This document shows positions 1-9,431 of a stretch of DNA of 56,357 bases, piece after piece; positions within the stretch are counted from its first letter, which is position 1; the number at the start of each line of letters is the position of its first letter. A program made the translations under genes and the position numbers. This DNA comes from a virus (Duplodnaviria; Caudoviricetes). The stretch lies in the IMG/VR virus record IMGVR_UViG_3300047509_000227, positions 1 to 56,357 of that record; one strand, 5' to 3'. Below the pieces are notes generated by a model. That model was not told the DNA's origin. It was given only the letters and a program-made list of their open reading frames with translations, and did not search any database.

Positions 1-127
1 GGAAATTCGAGACGAATGTGCGTAGCACCGGGGGCACCATTAACCATTGATACTCCCGGCCCCCAACATTTGCTCTTGCATCGCCGGTCCCACCCATGCC
101 ATCATGTCCCAGTCGAGACCCGGGCCG
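1..127. repeat. 127-bp exact direct repeat of the window end (circular assembly overlap)
   Basis: 1-127 is identical to 56231-56357; ORF 55836..56255 ends inside the repeat. Confidence 0.95.
25..51 (+). promoter_or_regulatory. Copy of dispersed GCACCGGGG-CACCAT/ATCAA-N3-TTGAT motif
   Basis: GCACCGGGGGCACCATTAACCATTGAT starts at a stop codon; similar to copies at 12624 and 32331. Confidence 0.55.
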
Positions 128-170
128 TTCCGGCCCCTCTGCCATTCTAAGTCAGTCTTCGGAGAATGAG

Positions 171-590
171 ATGAAGGTCTTCATCACGTCTGGCCTCTCG
201 GCCGTCCTGTATGAGTTTGACTTTCCCGAGCGCTACCGACAGGGAGACACACTTGGGGAAGCCGAGGCCTCAGCCCTCAATCGTCTCATCGCAGAGAACA
301 TCGCCCGCAACAAGACTGGCGGGGTGAGGCGAGTCGAGAGCGCTGTTGGCCAAGTTTTGTCGGTCAAAGATCTGTGGCTGTTGCAAAGCGAACTCGCGAC
401 CTATGTTGAGGAGTATCAACTGGTGGCGGTGCCCTCGGATCGGAGGGGGGATATTGAGCGCGAGGCCGAGACCTACCGGGCGGAGCGAGAGCACCAGTGC
501 GAGCCACTGTGTATGGCCTGTAAGGAAGAGGGCCGCCGGAGGGTGCTGGCCAAGGCAGGCATCGCACAGCGCGCCCTGGAAGACCTCTGA
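171..590 (+). CDS. Hypothetical phage protein
   Basis: ATG 171 after GGAGA; helical protein ending ALEDL. Confidence 0.7.
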   Translation: MKVFITSGLSAVLYEFDFPERYRQGDTLGEAEASALNRLIAENIARNKTGGVRRVESAVGQVLSVKDLWLLQSELATYVEEYQLVAVPSDRRGDIEREAETYRAEREHQCEPLCMACKEEGRRRVLAKAGIAQRALEDL

Positions 591-736
591 TGATGACGCC
601 AACCGAGGCAGCCATCATAGTCCTGGCCCTCGAAGAGCAGATCAGTAAATCGTCACGGGAGCGAAAGCTGTTGGCGCAGGCGAGGGAGATTTTGTGGCAA
701 GAAGCCCTTCGGATTGTGACCGAGGCGAGAGAGTGA
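590..736 (+). CDS. Small hypothetical protein (48 aa, MMTPTEAAIIVLALEEQ...)
   Basis: Read by eye; TGATG coupling upstream and GTGA coupling downstream. Confidence 0.6.
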   Translation: MMTPTEAAIIVLALEEQISKSSRERKLLAQAREILWQEALRIVTEARE

Positions 737-969
737 CCACTCGCACCGAAGAACTCGGGCCGCTCTTGTATCAGGCCCTCGCGGAGCCCATCGGCCTCTT
801 GCTGCGCGTAAGTGAGCCGCAGAAGGTGATGCAGGCCCTACATCAGGTGAAGTATAAAGCAGGCGACCCATCGCTGATGATACTCCAAATCCGGATGCTC
901 GATCATCCCGAAGGCAACATCGCGATCACGAAGTCAGACAAAGACCTACCACTTCCAGGAGGCCTCTAA
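733..969 (+). CDS. Hypothetical protein
   Basis: GTG overlaps upstream stop; ends PLPGGL. Confidence 0.65.
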   Translation: MTTRTEELGPLLYQALAEPIGLLLRVSEPQKVMQALHQVKYKAGDPSLMILQIRMLDHPEGNIAITKSDKDLPLPGGL

Positions 970-970
970 C

Positions 971-1177
971 GTGTCAAAGCGCTCACCCGTCAAGCAATCC
1001 CGGAGGCATGTTTGGCTTTACGACGAGGACTGGGAGTGGATTAAGCAGCGATACTCAGGGACGATCGGCCCCTCTGAAGCCGTGAGGAAGATCATTCATA
1101 CGATGGTCTTGAGAATTAAGCAGCAAGAGCAACATGCTGTCGAGGCCTCTGGCAAGGCCAAGCTGAAGGGAGAGTAA
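971..1177 (+). CDS. Possible ribbon-helix-helix DNA-binding protein
   Basis: RRHVWLYDEDWEWI...SEAVRKII strand-helix-helix pattern. Confidence 0.5.
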   Translation: MSKRSPVKQSRRHVWLYDEDWEWIKQRYSGTIGPSEAVRKIIHTMVLRIKQQEQHAVEASGKAKLKGE

Positions 1178-1178
1178 T

Positions 1179-1586
1179 ATGGGAGTCAAAATCATTTCAG
1201 GTGTGGGCAATTCTGTTCCCTTTGATAAGACAGATTGGACCGTACCAGTTGATGGGAAGAGTGGACTTGTTGTGGAGATAGTCGGCATCACGGACTTGGC
1301 CAAGATACTGGATGTAGTTGGTGGCGGTGGAGGTGGTGGTTACTCGGTTACGAATTTCAGGGCACCTGAGTCTCCGTCAAAGCCATTAAGTGGGCTCGAA
1401 TTACAAATCTCTCGACTTTGTACCTTTATCGAGGAAGATTTGAAAGATCGACGGCTTCAGCGACACCAGGAGATCGAACTTCGTATCATCATAGATAGAG
1501 AAGGGGGAGTTGGAGGTGCAGATGGAGGTGCAGGCCATTATGGCGGAGGCTCTGGTGGGAACATGGAAGTGAAAAGAGAGCTATGA
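1179..1586 (+). CDS. Hypothetical Gly-rich protein
   Basis: Good SD (GGAGAG); more AT-rich than its neighbours. Confidence 0.55.
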   Translation: MGVKIISGVGNSVPFDKTDWTVPVDGKSGLVVEIVGITDLAKILDVVGGGGGGGYSVTNFRAPESPSKPLSGLELQISRLCTFIEEDLKDRRLQRHQEIELRIIIDREGGVGGADGGAGHYGGGSGGNMEVKREL

Positions 1587-1849
1587 CGATGTCTGACCAA
1601 CAATTGCCTCAGTCGAACGTCCTGGCCGAGGCCGCGGCGACGAGCCTCTCGGAGATGCTTTCGACAGACCCCGAGAAGATCACGCCGGAGATCGAGCTGA
1701 GAATTATCCAAGCCCTGCGTGACCAGCGAGCCCGCTTTGCGGAGGCTGAGGCCGCAGGGAAGCCGGTGCCGAGGGTGGGGAAGGGGGAGAAAAAGACAGC
1801 TAAGACAATTCTCTCCTCGCTCGCAAACGTCGATGACCTCGGGCTCTGA
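1583..1849 (+). CDS. Hypothetical protein with C-terminal DDLGL
   Basis: ATGA coupling; ends ANVDDLGL. Confidence 0.7.
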   Translation: MTMSDQQLPQSNVLAEAAATSLSEMLSTDPEKITPEIELRIIQALRDQRARFAEAEAAGKPVPRVGKGEKKTAKTILSSLANVDDLGL

Positions 1850-1852
1850 CGT

Positions 1853-2815
1853 ATGATCGAGATGTCAATTCCTGATACGTCTGAGAACTCGTCCTTCTCA
1901 CGAGTGCAGTCCGCGATGCAGACGGCGGTGGACTCGACCTCGATTGGCGAGTTCAAGCTCTGCGAACGGAAATACTATTACTCGATCATCTGGGGCTACC
2001 AGCCGAGACTACAGAATGTTCATCTCACCTTTGGCCTGTTGTTGCACGCTGCGAGCGCAACCTTTCACCACGCCAAGAATGAGGGTCAAAGTCACGACCA
2101 AGCGTTGCAGACAACCATCCGATGGGCCTTGCAGGCGACGTGGAACAGAGAGTTGCAGCGCCCGTGGATCAGCAACGACCCGAGCAAGAACCGGCTCTCG
2201 CTCCTCCGGGCGATTGTTTGGTACTTCGATCAGTTCGCCGAAGACCCACTCGAAACTGTTATTCTCTCGAACGGCAAACCTGCCGTCGAACTCGACTTCC
2301 AGGCCGACAGCGGCCTGCGAACTTCGCGAAGCGAGCCCATTGTTGTCTGCGGCAGGTTTGACCGAATCGTCAGGTTTAACGACCGCCCACATGGACTCGA
2401 CGCCAAAACCACCGGATATCAGCTCGATGCGAATTTCTTCGCCCAGTTCTCGCCCGATAATCAGATCTCGCTCTACAACACCGCGGGGAGACTTGTCTTT
2501 CACGAGCCCATCCAGGGCTTTATCATCGACGGGATACAGGTCGGGGCGAACTTTGTCCGAGTCCACAGGGGGCTAGTGCCGAGGCCACTCGGGACGCTCG
2601 AAGAGTGGTGGGGGGAGTTTGGTCTCTGGGTGCAGCAGATGGAAGCAGCGGCCGAGGCACGATACTGGAAGATGAACGACAAAGCGTGTACGATGTATGG
2701 CGGGTGTAAGTTCAGGCCGGTCTGCTCTCGCTCGCCACAGGCCCGAGAGCAGTGGCTCAAGGCCGATTATGCCCGCAGGGTCTGGGACCCGATCAACCGG
2801 AGAGAGGATGTTTGA
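1853..2815 (+). CDS. PD-(D/E)XK exonuclease, Cas4/AddB-like
   Basis: GRFDRI...LDAKTT catalytic motif; N-terminal C plus C-terminal CxxxxxCxxxxxC Fe-S-type ligands. Confidence 0.85.
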   Translation: MIEMSIPDTSENSSFSRVQSAMQTAVDSTSIGEFKLCERKYYYSIIWGYQPRLQNVHLTFGLLLHAASATFHHAKNEGQSHDQALQTTIRWALQATWNRELQRPWISNDPSKNRLSLLRAIVWYFDQFAEDPLETVILSNGKPAVELDFQADSGLRTSRSEPIVVCGRFDRIVRFNDRPHGLDAKTTGYQLDANFFAQFSPDNQISLYNTAGRLVFHEPIQGFIIDGIQVGANFVRVHRGLVPRPLGTLEEWWGEFGLWVQQMEAAAEARYWKMNDKACTMYGGCKFRPVCSRSPQAREQWLKADYARRVWDPINRREDV

Positions 2816-2991
2816 CAGTGGGAAGATATTTCATCACTCTGACTGAAGATCAGGAAAAATTGATCGAGAGTTCTCGTGGTGATTTTTCTGCTCCAAGAAA
2901 TCAACAAGATTTCCAGCATCGTGTTCACGACTCTCTCCAAGAACTCGTCAAGTCTCATTGTGAAAAACTGAAAGGCACCATGCAACAATGA
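2812..2991 (+). CDS. Small hypothetical protein
   Basis: Fills the gap with coupled stop/start codons. Confidence 0.45.
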   Translation: MTVGRYFITLTEDQEKLIESSRGDFSAPRNQQDFQHRVHDSLQELVKSHCEKLKGTMQQ

Positions 2992-3920
2992 CAAAACTTT
3001 CTGACCACCAGTCCGCCGCGACGACGAAGATGCTCTTCATCGGGGACTCTGGTTCCGGGAAAACAGGCGGGTTGGCTTCGTTAGCCAAGGCAGGCTATAA
3101 TCTCCGAATTATCGACCTCGACAATGGCCTCGACGTTCTGGCCAATCTCCTGCGGGGCAACCCTGTGGCCGAGGCCCGAGTCGAGTTCGAGACCCTCACC
3201 GATAAGATGCGAAAGGTCGGCGGTAGGCTCGTTCCGGCCAAGGCCACGGTCTGGTCGAGAACGATCGACCTCTTGGACAACTGGTCCCCGGAGGTGACGA
3301 AAAAATGGTCTCCGTCTGTGGAGGCAGCCAACCTCGGTCCGCTCGTCACATGGGGCGAGCAAGACATTCTCGTTATCGACTCTCTGACAATGCTCTCCAC
3401 AGCAGCGCTCAATCACATCTTGGCCATGAATGCCCGACTCGGCCAGAGGCCGCATCAGAGCGACTGGTATGACGGCCAACAGCTCGTCGAGGGGATGTTG
3501 CAGACACTCTACGATGATAATATCAAGTGCAACGTCATTGTCATCTCGCATATTACTTACATTGGGGAGGAGGGCGGGCCGACCCACGGCTACCCGAACA
3601 CCCTCGGCAAGGCCCTTCCACCAAAGGTCGGGAGATATTTCAACAGCTGCCTGATGGCCAGAACGACTGGGGCAGGGACGGGCCTGCGGAGGAAGATTCT
3701 GACCAACACCGCTGGGGCGGTCGAACTCAAGAACACCGCCCCGATGCAGGTCAAGCCAGACTACCCACTCGAGACGGGCCTCGCCGACTACTTCCGAGAC
3801 GTGAGATCTGCGATTGTGGCCAAGCCCCCAGCAGTGGCCAAATCGGAGCCTCCGCCTCCGCCTCCGTCAGAACCTATTGGTAGTGCTGGAATATCGGCAA
3901 CACCATCAACAGTCTCGTAA
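2988..3920 (+). CDS. AAA_24/Sak4-like P-loop ATPase (recombinase)
   Basis: Walker A GDSGSGKT, Walker B LVIDS; lies between exonuclease and SSB-like gene. Confidence 0.8.
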   Translation: MTKLSDHQSAATTKMLFIGDSGSGKTGGLASLAKAGYNLRIIDLDNGLDVLANLLRGNPVAEARVEFETLTDKMRKVGGRLVPAKATVWSRTIDLLDNWSPEVTKKWSPSVEAANLGPLVTWGEQDILVIDSLTMLSTAALNHILAMNARLGQRPHQSDWYDGQQLVEGMLQTLYDDNIKCNVIVISHITYIGEEGGPTHGYPNTLGKALPPKVGRYFNSCLMARTTGAGTGLRRKILTNTAGAVELKNTAPMQVKPDYPLETGLADYFRDVRSAIVAKPPAVAKSEPPPPPPSEPIGSAGISATPSTVS

Positions 3921-4001
3921 GAGAGGGCAAGGAGGTCCGCCCGAAGGACCTCGCACCGTGCAGTTCAACCAACATTGCACTCAACTCAAGGATCACTCAA
4001 A

Positions 4002-4466
4002 ATGGCAGTTAATTTCAAGGCCCTCCTATCGAAGCCCGCGGGGCAGGCAGAACGTCCCAAGGTCCTACCAGCAGGGGACTATCCAGGTATTGTGGCGAAG
4101 TTCGAGATGGGCGAGTCGAGCCAGAAGAAGACGCCTTATGTGCGGTTTTTGGTCAATCTGACTGGCTGGCCCGACGACGTTCCGGAGGAGGATCGAGCCA
4201 TTACGAAGGAAGATGGGACACAAGTCCCGATCGATCTGTCGAAGAAGCAGCAGAAGGTTGATTTCTACCTCACAGAAGATGCACTCTTTCGTCTCGACGA
4301 CTTTATTAAGTCCGTGGGGGCGGAGACTGCGGGCAAGACCTACGAGGAGATTATTCCCGAGTGTGTCGGGGCGCACGTCATCCTCGCGCTGACGCAGGAG
4401 ACGAATGACAAGGGCGACGAGGTTACGATGTTCAATCGCGCTGGAAAGATGGTCGGCCAGACCTGA
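4002..4466 (+). CDS. Putative single-stranded DNA-binding protein (DUF669-like)
   Basis: LPAGDY...FYLTEDALFRL pattern; position downstream of Sak4-like gene. Confidence 0.6.
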   Translation: MAVNFKALLSKPAGQAERPKVLPAGDYPGIVAKFEMGESSQKKTPYVRFLVNLTGWPDDVPEEDRAITKEDGTQVPIDLSKKQQKVDFYLTEDALFRLDDFIKSVGAETAGKTYEEIIPECVGAHVILALTQETNDKGDEVTMFNRAGKMVGQT

Positions 4467-4485
4467 CGACTGTGCGATAGCTCTT

Positions 4486-4540
4486 GACCGGGGCCAGCTT
4501 CCCCCGCTCGCTCAGCATGAGCTGGCCCCGGTCCTTTTTT
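4486..4540 (+). terminator. Rho-independent terminator
   Basis: 14-bp stem GACCGGGGCCAGCT/AGCTGGCCCCGGTC followed by CTTTTTT. Confidence 0.8.
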
Positions 4541-4596
4541 ACCGCCCCGCGTGCCCGCCAAGGGCGGCCCTCTAATTGTTCCAATGAGAAGAACAA

Positions 4597-5994
4597 TTGA
4601 TGACCATTACAGACCGTGTGCAACGGATTGCCATTGCAGACATCCGCATCGACCGCGAAAATCGCCAGCGCCGAAATATCGTCACAGCCGATCTCGAGAG
4701 GTCGATTGCTAAGAATGGCCTCTTGCAGCCCATTATCATCGACCAAGACCTTTGGCTGAAGGCCGGGGAGCGTCGGCTAACGGCCTGCCGCAACCTAGGG
4801 CATCAAGATATTCTCGCACGGTTCGTCGAAGACCTCTCGCCGATCGAGGCCCAGATTATTGAGCTTGAGGAGAACATTAAGCGTTCGGACCTCGAGTGGC
4901 CGGAGATCATCCGAGCCGTCGGGACCATTCATGCGCTCTATGAGCAGACCGAGCCAGGGTGGACCATGACAGACACTGGGGAGGCTCTCGGGCTGGCCCA
5001 ACCGACAATCTCGACCTACCTCCGGGTCTTTGAGGTCTTGGACGATCCCCGAGTCGCCGACTCCGGGTCGATCAACGAGGCGGCGAATAAAATCCGTCGG
5101 AGAGACCAACGCGCCGCGGGTGATGCCCTCGAAGAGCTACTCGGCACGGCCGAGGCCCTGCTGCCAAGTGAGTTTGCGACGAATGCCGCTGCGGCGGCGA
5201 TTGACCAGACAGCCGTCGTCACGGCAGCAGCGGGTGTCACACTGGCACCGCTCGCACCGCAGACGAAGGGGCCAGAACCGGAGGTCATCCTCAACAGCAG
5301 CTTTCTCGAGTGGGCACCCCTCTATGAGGGGCCGAAATTCAACCTCATCCACTGCGACTTCCCCTATGGGATCGGGGTGTTCGCTGGGCCGCAGGGTCGG
5401 CAGGGCGAGCCGGGCAAGCTCTACGACGACTCGGCCGAGACCTATTGGGCACTCTTACACTGTCTGCTGGATAATCTCGACCGAGTGATGTCCCTCTCGG
5501 GCCATCTGATGTTCTGGTACTCGGCCAGACTCGATGGTGAGGCCATTGACCAGACCCGCAGGGTGTTTCTGCAGAAAGCACCCTCGCTCAAGTTTTACCA
5601 CTACCATCTGATCTGGCTGAAGTCCGACAACTCGGGTATTGCCAGCGACCCGAGATACACCCCGAGGCATGTTTATGAGACTTGTTTGCTGGCGCGCCGC
5701 TCGGATAGGAATTTGCGGATGATTAAGTCCGATGCCTACAGCGCACCGACAGATAAAAAGCTGCACGTCAGTACGAAGCCCGAGCCAATGTTGAGATTCT
5801 TCATGGAAATGATCGTGGATGAGACCACGAGTCTCTTGGACCCGACTTGCGGCAGCGGTGCGGCCCTGCGCGCAGCCGACTCCCTGGGGGCGAAGAGACT
5901 GTTGGGGCTCGAAATTGACTCGGCGTGCTGTGAGGTCGCCCGCACGGCATTCAGGAACGCCCGGCACCTGCGGACGGCGGCGAGCCATCTCTAA
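4597..5994 (+). CDS. ParB (CTPase domain + HTH) fused to beta-class N6/N4 DNA methyltransferase
   Basis: GLLQPII..AGERR..EENIKRSDL; HTH TDTGEALGLAQPTISTYL; MTase motif IV DFPY, HVSTKP, motif I DPTCGSG. Confidence 0.88.
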   Translation: MMTITDRVQRIAIADIRIDRENRQRRNIVTADLERSIAKNGLLQPIIIDQDLWLKAGERRLTACRNLGHQDILARFVEDLSPIEAQIIELEENIKRSDLEWPEIIRAVGTIHALYEQTEPGWTMTDTGEALGLAQPTISTYLRVFEVLDDPRVADSGSINEAANKIRRRDQRAAGDALEELLGTAEALLPSEFATNAAAAAIDQTAVVTAAAGVTLAPLAPQTKGPEPEVILNSSFLEWAPLYEGPKFNLIHCDFPYGIGVFAGPQGRQGEPGKLYDDSAETYWALLHCLLDNLDRVMSLSGHLMFWYSARLDGEAIDQTRRVFLQKAPSLKFYHYHLIWLKSDNSGIASDPRYTPRHVYETCLLARRSDRNLRMIKSDAYSAPTDKKLHVSTKPEPMLRFFMEMIVDETTSLLDPTCGSGAALRAADSLGAKRLLGLEIDSACCEVARTAFRNARHLRTAASHL

Positions 5995-6012
5995 CCTCTC
6001 GAGGCAAAACAT

Positions 6013-6288
6013 ATGACAAAGCTCTGTAAAGATTGCGTCCACTGTCACGGCGCAGCCGACTATGGACTTTTATGGCTACCGATTATTGGATGGTTGGTTT
6101 TACTCGTTCAAATCATCTCAGAATATTCAATTAGATTTGCGACGTGTACTCTCGAACACAACGCTCCTGATTCGAGCGAGCAATTCGTCACTGGGAGAGT
6201 CAATTTTGAGATGAGAGAGAAGTTCTGCACGGTTTGTCGCCAATATGGCGAGTGTGGACCTGAAGGCAAGAACTGGGAACGGAAGTGA
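6013..6288 (+). CDS. Cys-rich protein with one transmembrane helix
   Basis: CKDCVHC...hydrophobic run...CGPEGK. Confidence 0.6.
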   Translation: MTKLCKDCVHCHGAADYGLLWLPIIGWLVLLVQIISEYSIRFATCTLEHNAPDSSEQFVTGRVNFEMREKFCTVCRQYGECGPEGKNWERK

Positions 6289-7445
6289 CACACGAGCCTG
6301 CCCCTGCCTTCAAACATACTTCCGGGCCGCGCACTGCCAAGATTGTCATCGTCGGCGAGGCGTGGGGCGAGTCCGAGGATATGATGAAGAAGCCCTTTGT
6401 GGGAGAGTCAGGGAAAGAGCTTTTTAGGATGTTGGGTGAGGCCACTATTGGTGGCCAGCCTGCTCCGGAATTGCACGCTGCTGCTTGTGCCCTGCACAAA
6501 TACGGTTTGGCCTGGGTCAAAGAGCGCGAAGCGTGGCTGGACGCCGCGAGCATTATGATGACGAACGTCCTGGCGCTGCGTCCTCCAGACAACAAGCTCG
6601 ACTATCTCTGCCTTACGAAAGATGAGTTGCCACATGGCTATTCTCTACCACCCATTGCCAAGTCGGGCTCGAAGCAGCTTTTCCTCCATCCTGATCTGCT
6701 CGGGGAACTTACACGTCTGGAAGAGGAACTCACTACTGTTAGGCCAAATCTCATCGTTGCCCTTGGTAATCCAGCATGTTGGGCCACCTTGCGGACAACG
6801 GCCATTACCTCAATCCGCGGCACCATCGCACAGGGCATCGAGAACATAAAGGTCCTCCCGACATTCCATCCTGCTGGGGTGATGAGAAATTGGGCCTGGC
6901 GCCCGATCGTCGTCGCGGACCTGATCAAAGCCCTCCGCGAGGCCCAATTTCCCGAGATAATCCGGCCGCAGAGGACGATCATTATCAATCCCTCTATTGA
7001 GGAGCTTGAAGAGTGGACTGAACTTACATTGGCAACGGCCACTGCTCTGTCTTGCGACACAGAAACGGAACTTGGCCAAATCAAAATGATCTCGTTCGCA
7101 CCGACAGTCGATCACGCAATGGTCGTGCCGTTTTTAGACTGGTCAAAACCTGGAGGGTCATACTGGCCAACAGAGGAACTAGAGTTTAGGGCCTGGGTCT
7201 GTGTTCGCCGCCTCTTGGAGAGTCCCATTCCAAAGCTGTGGCAGAATGGGATGTACGATTTGCAGTATACGATTCGGAGGAAGATCTGGCCTCAAAGGTG
7301 CGAGTTCGATCCGATGCTTCTCCATCATTCGATCTTTCCAGAGATGAACAAGGGCCTCGGTTTTCTCGGCTCGATCTACACGAACGAGGCCTCATGGAAG
7401 CTGATGCGGAAACAGAAAACCGATACGGAGAAGAGAGATGAGTAA
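6285..7445 (+). CDS. DNA polymerase N-terminal part: family-4-like uracil-DNA glycosylase + 3'-5' exonuclease (ExoI/ExoII)
   Basis: GEAWG..PFVGESG, TNV..RPPDN, PTFHPA; DTET and QNGMYD. Confidence 0.85.
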   Translation: MTHEPAPAFKHTSGPRTAKIVIVGEAWGESEDMMKKPFVGESGKELFRMLGEATIGGQPAPELHAAACALHKYGLAWVKEREAWLDAASIMMTNVLALRPPDNKLDYLCLTKDELPHGYSLPPIAKSGSKQLFLHPDLLGELTRLEEELTTVRPNLIVALGNPACWATLRTTAITSIRGTIAQGIENIKVLPTFHPAGVMRNWAWRPIVVADLIKALREAQFPEIIRPQRTIIINPSIEELEEWTELTLATATALSCDTETELGQIKMISFAPTVDHAMVVPFLDWSKPGGSYWPTEELEFRAWVCVRRLLESPIPKLWQNGMYDLQYTIRRKIWPQRCEFDPMLLHHSIFPEMNKGLGFLGSIYTNEASWKLMRKQKTDTEKRDE

Positions 7446-7878
7446 GTGGTGGAAACCATCTCGTGAGCCAGATTTTGTAGTTGGAGGCAAAAGCAATCCA
7501 TATATGAAGAGATGGTATGTAATTCCTCGAAACAGGCTCTTTAACATCTATCTACATCAGATCATGAGGTCTGACGATGATCGTGCTCTTCACGATCACC
7601 CTTGGATCAATCTCTCGATAATCCTTGAAGGGGGATATGTTGAGCACACAATCGCTGACGGTGGTATTCACTATCAACATCCACTCAAAAAAGGTCAATG
7701 GCGCTGGCGCTGGCCAACCAAAGCACATCGGCTCGAAATCTCGACTCCTTGTTGGAGCCTGTTCATTACAGGCCCTGTTGTGAGAGCTTGGGGATTTCAC
7801 TGTCCTCAAGGCTGGCGTCACTTTAAGGACTTCGTCGCAGACAGTGATCGAGGTCTGATTGGAAGAGGTTGCGAGTGA
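7438..7878 (+). CDS. Cupin-fold protein
   Basis: HDHPW..SIILEGGYVE..AHRL..WSLFITGP. Confidence 0.75.
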   Translation: MSKWWKPSREPDFVVGGKSNPYMKRWYVIPRNRLFNIYLHQIMRSDDDRALHDHPWINLSIILEGGYVEHTIADGGIHYQHPLKKGQWRWRWPTKAHRLEISTPCWSLFITGPVVRAWGFHCPQGWRHFKDFVADSDRGLIGRGCE

Positions 7879-9431
7879 CCCTCGTTGCCACCCATTTGCT
7901 CAAACCTGGCCAGCTCTCCGACTCGGCCAACATGCAGGTCTACTGCGGCCTCGACTCGTGTGTTGCGCTCGAGGTCCACCAAGCAATCTCCGAAGAGCAC
8001 GGCCAGCCACCAACCTACGACTTCGAGCGCGCCCTGCAGGCACCATACTTAGACATGATGCTCCGAGGCTTCGCCGTTGACGAGATCTCTCGCCGCGCCG
8101 TCGCGACACAGTTGCACGAGCGCCTCGCCCACATTCGATCCCTCATCGACCGACTCGCGACTGTCGTCTGGGACAAACCCCTCAATCCACAATCGCCGAA
8201 GCAGTTCAAAGAGTTCTTCTACGGCGCGATGGGGATTAAGGAGATCATCTCGTACAAGAAGGGTGTGAGAAGAGTCTCGACGGATCGCGATGCCCTGGAT
8301 AAGATAGAAGAGTATCTTCATGCCCGACCGTTCGTCCTCGCCATCGGCCGAGCCAGAGATATCAAGAAAGAACTCGAGTTCTTCGAAGCCTCCATCCGGA
8401 ATGGAAGGATGTTCGCGGGGTACAACATCTCCGGCACGGTGACTGGTCGGCCCTCATCAAGCGACAACGCTTTTGGCGAGGGGCGAAATATGCAGAACAT
8501 TCCCGAACCGCTGCGGTATCCATTCATCGCTGATATTGGCAAGAAGCTCTGTGTGATTGATCTCGAACAGGCCGAGGCCAGAGACTTTGGCTTTCTCTGT
8601 GGCTGTCTTTTCGACAAGTGGGGCTTTCTGGATAAGTGCGAAGGTGGGGATCTGCATACCGCGAATGCTCGAGACGTGTGGCCAGAGCTGGCGTGGACGG
8701 GGCACAAACTTCAGGATCGGAAGATCGCCGACCAACTCTACTACCGGGACTTCTCCTACAGGTACATGGCCAAGAGACTGGGGCATCTCACAGACTACAT
8801 GGGCACGGCCTATACGAGTGCAAAGACGCTCAAGATTCCCCAACAGATGGCCGAAGACTTCCGCCAGCGCTACGCGACCGGGACGAACGCGGCCCATCCC
8901 GAGATTCCCCTCTACTGGGAGTGGTGCTCCAGGCAGATCCAGACGACCTACCAACTCACAACGCCCTTCGGCCGACAGAGACATTTCTTCGGCCGAGCCA
9001 ATAATGATGACGTTCTCCGTGAGGCGATTGCCTACGTTCCGCAATCGATGACGGCGGATCGCATGAGCTTGGGGATGTGGAGACTCTGGCGCTATGGACG
9101 AGGCCGAGTGGAGCTTCTCCATAACGGCTACGACTCGGTCACTTTCCAGTTCGATGATAGAGGGCCAAAGTATGAGAAAGAAATTGTCTCGTGGGCCTCG
9201 GCGCTGTGTGTTGTACCTCTCCGGGCACCGAATGGAAGGGACTTCGTCATCCCGACCGAGGCCAAGACAGGGTGGAACTGGGGCTCCGAGGTCACGCAAG
9301 ACGAGGTCAACGAGGCTCTCCGAAAGGGCAAAAAACCACCGCGGCTCAACACCGAGGGCCTGAGAAAATTCTCTCCCTCCGTGCCGGACATGCGCCAGAG
9401 GCAGACTGGCCTGCAAAGGGTAATGACATGA
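7875..9431 (+). CDS. polA: Family A DNA polymerase, C-terminal part (ExoIII + polymerase)
   Basis: YCGLD ExoIII; TVTGRPSS, NMQNIP, motif A DLEQAE, motif B RYMAKRLGHLTDY, motif C GYDSV. Confidence 0.9.
   Translation: MTLVATHLLKPGQLSDSANMQVYCGLDSCVALEVHQAISEEHGQPPTYDFERALQAPYLDMMLRGFAVDEISRRAVATQLHERLAHIRSLIDRLATVVWDKPLNPQSPKQFKEFFYGAMGIKEIISYKKGVRRVSTDRDALDKIEEYLHARPFVLAIGRARDIKKELEFFEASIRNGRMFAGYNISGTVTGRPSSSDNAFGEGRNMQNIPEPLRYPFIADIGKKLCVIDLEQAEARDFGFLCGCLFDKWGFLDKCEGGDLHTANARDVWPELAWTGHKLQDRKIADQLYYRDFSYRYMAKRLGHLTDYMGTAYTSAKTLKIPQQMAEDFRQRYATGTNAAHPEIPLYWEWCSRQIQTTYQLTTPFGRQRHFFGRANNDDVLREAIAYVPQSMTADRMSLGMWRLWRYGRGRVELLHNGYDSVTFQFDDRGPKYEKEIVSWASALCVVPLRAPNGRDFVIPTEAKTGWNWGSEVTQDEVNEALRKGKKPPRLNTEGLRKFSPSVPDMRQRQTGLQRVMT

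Noticed and set aside
1-127. Biological direct terminal repeat
   Set aside because: 127 bp equals a common assembler k-mer overlap and the repeat starts inside a gene; it indicates circular assembly, not virion ends
940-969. PGGL* endings (969 and 35922) as ELGL tags
   Set aside because: They lack the acidic residue and first Leu; too weak to count
1853-2815. CRISPR-associated Cas4
   Set aside because: No array or other cas genes seen; the context is a phage recombination module
7438-7878. Intron-encoded ORF within the polymerase
   Set aside because: Cupin rather than endonuclease, and it overlaps both neighbours, leaving no room for a ribozyme core
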